Source: Candidatus Nanoarchaeia archaeon
Lineage (GTDB): Archaea > Nanobdellota > Nanobdellia > Woesearchaeales > JANQNE01
DNA length: 64,000 bases
Assembly: GCA_028279725.1 (NCBI GenBank)
Contig: JANQNE010000011.1
Coordinates: 25,872-89,871 of the forward strand
Direction of reading: 5' to 3'
Below the pieces are notes generated by a model that worked only from the letters and a program-made list of their open reading frames with translations, ran no database searches and was not told where the DNA came from. The position numbers were made by a program, and so were the translations under genes. This document shows, piece after piece, positions 59,655 through 64,000 of this stretch. Positions within the stretch are counted from its first letter, which is position 1, and every line of letters begins with the position of its first letter.

Positions 59655-59798
59655 TTGATAGGGATAATTTTTATTTTATTACTTTTGGCAGTCTGTACAG
59701 CTGCACCGATATATTACTATAAGAAGAAAAATGAAAAGCCGGCTGTATATGTCTGGGTTGGCGAAGGAAAGAATCCTTTGGATGAGATTTCTGAATAA
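59655..59798 (+). CDS. Possible small (47 aa) single-pass membrane protein with a TTG start
   Basis: GGAAGGAAGTGA SD-like motif upstream. (M)IGIIFILLLLAVCTAAPIYYYKKKNEK... hydrophobic helix then charged tail. Below the ORF-track cutoff. Confidence 0.25.
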   Translation: MIGIIFILLLLAVCTAAPIYYYKKKNEKPAVYVWVGEGKNPLDEISE

Positions 59799-59834
59799 GT
59801 AGTTTTTTATATGATTAATTTAATTCTTGTAGTT

Positions 59835-59936
59835 GGGCCTATAGTCTAATGGATAGAACAACCGGCTTCGGTAAGTGGGGTCAAAAGCTTCGCTTGTGGG
59901 TACCGGTTAGTGGGGGTTCGAATCCTCCTAGGCCCA
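59835..59936 (+). tRNA. tRNA-Arg (anticodon UCG) with a ~30-nt intron in the anticodon loop (archaeal-type). No encoded CCA.
   Basis: Acceptor stem GGGCCTA/TAGGCCC with discriminator A. T-arm GGGGG-TTCGAAT-CCTCC. Anticodon stem ACCGG/CCGGT enclosing CTTCGG plus ~30 nt (59872-59901). U33 and R37 present; D-stem imperfect. Confidence 0.65.
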
Positions 59937-60014
59937 TATTTTCTTCATTCTCCTTGTTGGGTGGATAAACCGTAAACTTTATATACTACACTTATAAAGA
60001 TTAGGTTAAAAGAG

Positions 60015-60275
60015 GTGATTTCAGTGGCTAAGAAAGCTATCAAAAAGATCAAAGAAATCTCTGAGGAAAGTTTCTTCAAAAAACACATCAGAAGATTTGG
60101 TATGGGTATTCTTGTTCTTTGTCAAGCTCTTGCATTCGGTATTGTAGGAGGAATAATATATTATGCGCTTGTATTTTACAGACTCATATTTCCAGCAGTC
60201 ATATTTGTACTGATCCTGATATATTTCGCAGGAGCATATGAGGAACTGAAGAGAGAAAAGTTGTATAAGAAATGA
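60015..60275 (+). CDS. Small membrane protein
   Basis: 86 aa with two predicted TM helices (GMGILVLCQALAFGIVGGIIYYALVFY..., AVIFVLILIYFAGA). Confidence 0.4.
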   Translation: MISVAKKAIKKIKEISEESFFKKHIRRFGMGILVLCQALAFGIVGGIIYYALVFYRLIFPAVIFVLILIYFAGAYEELKREKLYKK

Positions 60276-60505
60276 TCGAAGAGATAACAACAACAATCGG
60301 CTTTCAGGAGCTGAGTAAGGAAATTTTTGTTTACCAGCAAGCAACTTTGTTATTTTGCTTGCTAATCTCTGTTTCTATCTACCTGTTATTGCCTAAAAGA
60401 GTTGAGAACAGCAGAAGGATCGCTGCATCAGCATTGATCTTTATGGGCTTGTTCGGATTGTTCTCTATATTATTGAAAACATTAGTGAGAATCTTCACAA
60501 GATAA
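60272..60505 (+). CDS. Small membrane protein
   Basis: 77 aa with two hydrophobic helices. Start overlaps the preceding stop. Confidence 0.4.
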   Translation: MIEEITTTIGFQELSKEIFVYQQATLLFCLLISVSIYLLLPKRVENSRRIAASALIFMGLFGLFSILLKTLVRIFTR

Positions 60506-60507
60506 GA

Positions 60508-61404
60508 TCATATCTTCTTCAATAATTCCTTGAATTGCTGATCAGATCCTGATAGGTTTCTTGGATCATTTAAAATCTCATGTAGCTGTATCTGAGCGTC
60601 AGTCCAGTCTTTAATCACCTGTCTGTCTTTTAACAGGGTTTTAGGCTCAGATTTTTTCAATCTCTCCATGCCATTCATGCTGACCACTCCTAATCCATCT
60701 ACTTTGATACTGTATCTTATCCCATTCCCATCTAATACTCTGGAGAAATAATTTATGGCACTTCCTGCAGAACCATCAGGGATAGAGAATAATCCTCCAC
60801 TAGACTGAGCATTCTTTATCAAAAGATAAGACAATGCTGGTGCTGATGAGTTAACCTCTTCAACGATCTTCTTAGTGTCAGCTCCAGTACCAGACAGATG
60901 GTTTATCCTGTTGGCTATATTGATTATCCTTTTAGTGGAAAAGCTCTCAAAATTATAAGGACTGTATCCTTCTGGAAGATCTACACTTCCATAAACTTTT
61001 ATCAATGTGTCTAAACCTTCTTTGAATGTTTCTGCTGCTTCTTTTGCGATCCCAGCACCATATTTTCCAAATGTAAGATTTGAAGCAAGACCTATGTACT
61101 TGTGGGCGTTTTCTATATCCTGTGCCTTATCAAATTTCTCTACAAAGAAATCCATATCTTTTATCCTGTCATGCATCCCTGCCCTGTATGCATAATCCAT
61201 CCCAAGAGATATGCAGCCTTCATAAGAAGGAGACTTGTCTACCTTATGCTGATAGTGTTCTGGAATACTGAAATTGCCCAACAATGAGGTATGGACTACA
61301 GAACGTAATGCTTCGTTAAATAATAGAGCTTTAGCTGATGGATCATGCTTTGCAAAACTCTCTACTGTGCTGAAATAAAGGTTATTTATTTCTCTTTCCT
61401 TCAT
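60508..61404 (-). CDS. Hypothetical protein
   Basis: 298-aa ORF. No motif recognized. Confidence 0.4.
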   Translation of the reverse strand: MKEREINNLYFSTVESFAKHDPSAKALLFNEALRSVVHTSLLGNFSIPEHYQHKVDKSPSYEGCISLGMDYAYRAGMHDRIKDMDFFVEKFDKAQDIENAHKYIGLASNLTFGKYGAGIAKEAAETFKEGLDTLIKVYGSVDLPEGYSPYNFESFSTKRIINIANRINHLSGTGADTKKIVEEVNSSAPALSYLLIKNAQSSGGLFSIPDGSAGSAINYFSRVLDGNGIRYSIKVDGLGVVSMNGMERLKKSEPKTLLKDRQVIKDWTDAQIQLHEILNDPRNLSGSDQQFKELLKKI

Positions 61405-61515
61405 AAACTACACCCTAGAAGTAGTGAGATTTACTGATATATAAATGTTTCGTTTTTTTACCACTAATAGGGAGTAACAGCAAGGTTTATATAGAACTCG
61501 AAATTTCCAGAAAAG

Positions 61516-61839
61516 ATGAATAGAAGCTATATGCAAGAATACAAACTAGAACTGTTTGGAGATGAAGGTTATCAGTTCAGGAAGAGAGCTGAAGACAGAG
61601 GGCTTCCTGATGGTAATGTTGGAGAGGATGGATTCTATCTTCAAGGTGTTAAGAAAACCTCACTCAGAAAATTGTGGAACTATCTTAAGGATCATAACAC
61701 TAAGATAAGAGTATATGTGGGAGACGGAGTTATTGAAAGAGTCGAGAAAGCGAAGAATGGAAGCACTATAGCAAAAAATCAGGTGTTAGGTTATCTTGCT
61801 ATGTATGCTGCTATAGCTCCTGACAAGGAAAAGGTTTAA
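61516..61839 (+). CDS. Hypothetical protein
   Basis: 107-aa ORF upstream of proS. No motif recognized. Confidence 0.35.
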   Translation: MNRSYMQEYKLELFGDEGYQFRKRAEDRGLPDGNVGEDGFYLQGVKKTSLRKLWNYLKDHNTKIRVYVGDGVIERVEKAKNGSTIAKNQVLGYLAMYAAIAPDKEKV

Positions 61840-61852
61840 ATATAGCTGTTAA

Positions 61853-63301
61853 ATGGTGTTTTGTATGGCTGAGAAAGAGGAGAACATCGGTATAACTGTG
61901 AAAAAAGAGGATGATATGCCAGAATGGTATTCTCAAGTCTGCCAGAAAGCTGAACTGGCTGATACTTCTTCGATAAAAGGATTTATGGTCATAAGGCCAA
62001 ATGGTTATGGCATATGGGAAAATATCCAGGATTATTTTAACAAAGTGATAAGAGAGAGAAAAGTAAGGAATGCTTATTTTCCACTTCTTATTCCTGAGAG
62101 TTTTTTTAAGAAAGAGGCAGAACATGCAGAAGGGTTTGCTCCTGAGCTTGCCTGGGTTGGCGGAGCTGCTGAGGAAGGAGAAGAAAGATTAGCTATAAGG
62201 CCTACATCTGAAACTATAATGTATGATTCTTATTCAAAGTGGATCAGATCATATAGGGACCTTCCTTTGAGGATAAACCAATGGTGTAATGTTCTTAGAT
62301 GGGAAGTTAAGCAGACTAAAGTTTTTTTGAGAACAAGAGAGTTTTTGTGGCAGGAAGGGCATTGTGTATATGAAACAGAGGAAGAATGTGATAAGGAAGT
62401 TTATATGTTCTTAGATGAATATAAGAGATTAGCTGAGGAGCAGCTAGCTGTTCCTGTGCTTACTGGAAAGAAAACTGAGAAAGAGAAGTTTGCTGGTGCG
62501 AAATATACTACTACAATAGAAGCTTTTATGCCGGACGGAAAAGCATTGCAGTGTGGAACTTCACATAATCTTGGGCAAGGGTTTGCTGAAGGTTTTGGAA
62601 TCAGATATATAGGAAAGGATGAGAAAGAACACATACCTTGGCAGAACAGCTGGGGATTTTCTACAAGACTGATCGGAGCTATAATCATGACCCATGGAGA
62701 TAATAAGGGAATGGTCATGCCTCCTAGAATTGCAAAAGATAAGATCGTAATTGTTCCTATATTGTTTGATAAGACAAAGAAAGAAGTTTTGAAAAAGGCT
62801 GATGAGCTTGAGAAGAAATTATCAGAGTATGGAGTTATTGTTGATGACAGAGAAGGATACAGCCCTGGATGGAAGTATAATGAATGGGAGATGAAAGGAG
62901 TTCCTTTGAGATTAGAGGTCGGCCCTAAGGATATCGAGAAAAAGCATGTAGTTGTTGTAAGAAGAGATAATGGAAAGAAGGAATTTGTGAAAGAAGCTGA
63001 TCTTATAAAGAGGATACCTAAGATAATTGATGAGATGCATGGTGATATGTTCGCTAAAGCGAAGAAACATCTTGATGAAAGTATTGTAGAAGTTAAGAGC
63101 TGGGAAGAGTTTGAAAAAGTAGTAAAGGAAAATAAGATCGCTAAAGCACCTTTCTGCGGAGAGGGGGAATGTGAAGACTGGATAAAGGATAAGTCAGGCG
63201 GAATCACTTCAAGATGTGTTGCTGAAGGCAAGCCAAAAGATAAGTGTGTCCAGTGCGGAAAGAAAGCTGAAGAGTTTGTGTATTTCTCAAAGAGTTACTG
63301 A
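61853..63301 (+). CDS. proS: Prolyl-tRNA synthetase, archaeal/eukaryotic type with a C-terminal zinc-binding domain
   Basis: Class II core motifs. C-terminal Cys cluster CVQCGKKAEEFVYFSKSY ending in Tyr. 482 aa, typical of archaeal ProRS. Confidence 0.85.
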   Translation: MVFCMAEKEENIGITVKKEDDMPEWYSQVCQKAELADTSSIKGFMVIRPNGYGIWENIQDYFNKVIRERKVRNAYFPLLIPESFFKKEAEHAEGFAPELAWVGGAAEEGEERLAIRPTSETIMYDSYSKWIRSYRDLPLRINQWCNVLRWEVKQTKVFLRTREFLWQEGHCVYETEEECDKEVYMFLDEYKRLAEEQLAVPVLTGKKTEKEKFAGAKYTTTIEAFMPDGKALQCGTSHNLGQGFAEGFGIRYIGKDEKEHIPWQNSWGFSTRLIGAIIMTHGDNKGMVMPPRIAKDKIVIVPILFDKTKKEVLKKADELEKKLSEYGVIVDDREGYSPGWKYNEWEMKGVPLRLEVGPKDIEKKHVVVVRRDNGKKEFVKEADLIKRIPKIIDEMHGDMFAKAKKHLDESIVEVKSWEEFEKVVKENKIAKAPFCGEGECEDWIKDKSGGITSRCVAEGKPKDKCVQCGKKAEEFVYFSKSY

Positions 63302-63981
63302 ATCAGTTTTTTTGTTTTTTTTCTATAGTCCAGAGTGATATGGTCTCCGTTATATAAGTTCTCTTCTGAAATGTATACTTTATTATCTTTGATCTTTACG
63401 TCTGTAAATTTTTCTCTGCGACATGCATCTATCCTTTTCGCTGTAAACTCATAATTTCTTAAGTCAAAAGGAAACTCAAAAACGCCGTCATATTTATTTG
63501 TCAGTTCAATAAATTTGTGCTCAAAATAATCCTCTTTTATTGTTCCGTGATTTAAGTCACTCATACATGTAGGATGTACAGATAATATCTCAACTTTGTA
63601 TTTTTTCCCCTGTTTTAGCTTGTATTTTATGATGTACTGCACTCTCTTGTCTTCCTCTTCATGGCTTGTTATATCCCTTCCAAATTTCAATAAATAACCA
63701 TCCAGCCTAACTTCTATCTTGTAGTTGCTATTTTCTCCTGTGGGTGTTCCTCTAAAAAAATGATAATGGATATTGTCCTCTAAAGCCTTGATATAAACAG
63801 TGGTTCTTTCTACCACATACATATTGTATTGTTTATCTTTTTTATTCGAGTCATAAACCATCTTGCTTAAGGTGGTCATCCCAAGCACATGATAAGGGTG
63901 CGGCCTCTGTAGATGAATAAGCTGTGAGAGCAGAGTATTCTCTGAGTCCTCTATGCCTAATATCCTTCTGAAACCATTCAT
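63295..63981 (-). CDS. Hypothetical protein
   Basis: 228-aa ORF convergent with proS. No motif recognized. Confidence 0.4.
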   Translation of the reverse strand: MNGFRRILGIEDSENTLLSQLIHLQRPHPYHVLGMTTLSKMVYDSNKKDKQYNMYVVERTTVYIKALEDNIHYHFFRGTPTGENSNYKIEVRLDGYLLKFGRDITSHEEEDKRVQYIIKYKLKQGKKYKVEILSVHPTCMSDLNHGTIKEDYFEHKFIELTNKYDGVFEFPFDLRNYEFTAKRIDACRREKFTDVKIKDNKVYISEENLYNGDHITLDYRKKTKKLIQ

Positions 63982-64000
63982 TATCTGTTCTTTAAGCAGC

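Overview
The window is AT-rich, gene-dense DNA that is almost certainly from an archaeon, plausibly an uncultivated DPANN-like lineage, although that placement is inference. The archaeal markers are ribosomal protein S17e and Alba (59164-59649), a class I lysyl-tRNA synthetase (3240-4889), an archaeal-type ProRS with a C-terminal Zn domain (61853-63301), an intron-containing tRNA (59835-59936), a small TRAM-domain protein and a Dph6-type ATP pyrophosphatase domain. Shine-Dalgarno-like GGAGG/GAGGG motifs precede many starts.

The core is a nearly complete de novo purine biosynthesis regulon (16540-37227). It comprises guaB-purA-guaA on the + strand, convergent with a ~14 kb minus-strand operon: purB, a hypothetical, purS-purL, purQ, purF-purD, MTHFS, purH split in two, folD, purN, purC-purE and purM. 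Several of these are unusual fusions.

Housekeeping genes around it: a DapF-like protein, lysK, queF and serA upstream. An AsnB-Dph6 fusion sits at 14331-16424, immediately upstream of the regulon. Downstream are argS, pyrB, pyrI, a CorC/CNNM transporter and a HAD phosphatase.

Four accessory islands stand out:
(i) 7447-14311: three tandem GNAT-fold FemAB/MprF-C-like paralogs, a Ddl-like ATP-grasp ligase and a YkgJ Fe-S protein. These sit divergent from a retropepsin-like protease plus RimK-like ligase pair, across a 650-bp AT-rich spacer that carries two copies of a near-perfect palindrome.
(ii) 54504-58969: a ChaC/GGCT-like protein divergent from a three-gene operon of an FGase-like amidohydrolase, a GCS2 (YbdK)-like carboxylate-amine ligase and a HAD hydrolase. 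This looks like a candidate gamma-glutamyl-peptide synthesis and turnover module.
(iii) 47677-48759: four small (39-57 aa) highly acidic paralogous proteins with SD sites, absent from the ORF track, next to an AbrB-PhoU-like regulator.
(iv) 41910-46617: an 1100-aa protein with an embedded receiver domain, translationally coupled to a PHP phosphoesterase.

No CRISPR arrays, transposases or rRNA were seen. All functional calls rest on by-eye motif recognition and need HMM/BLAST confirmation.
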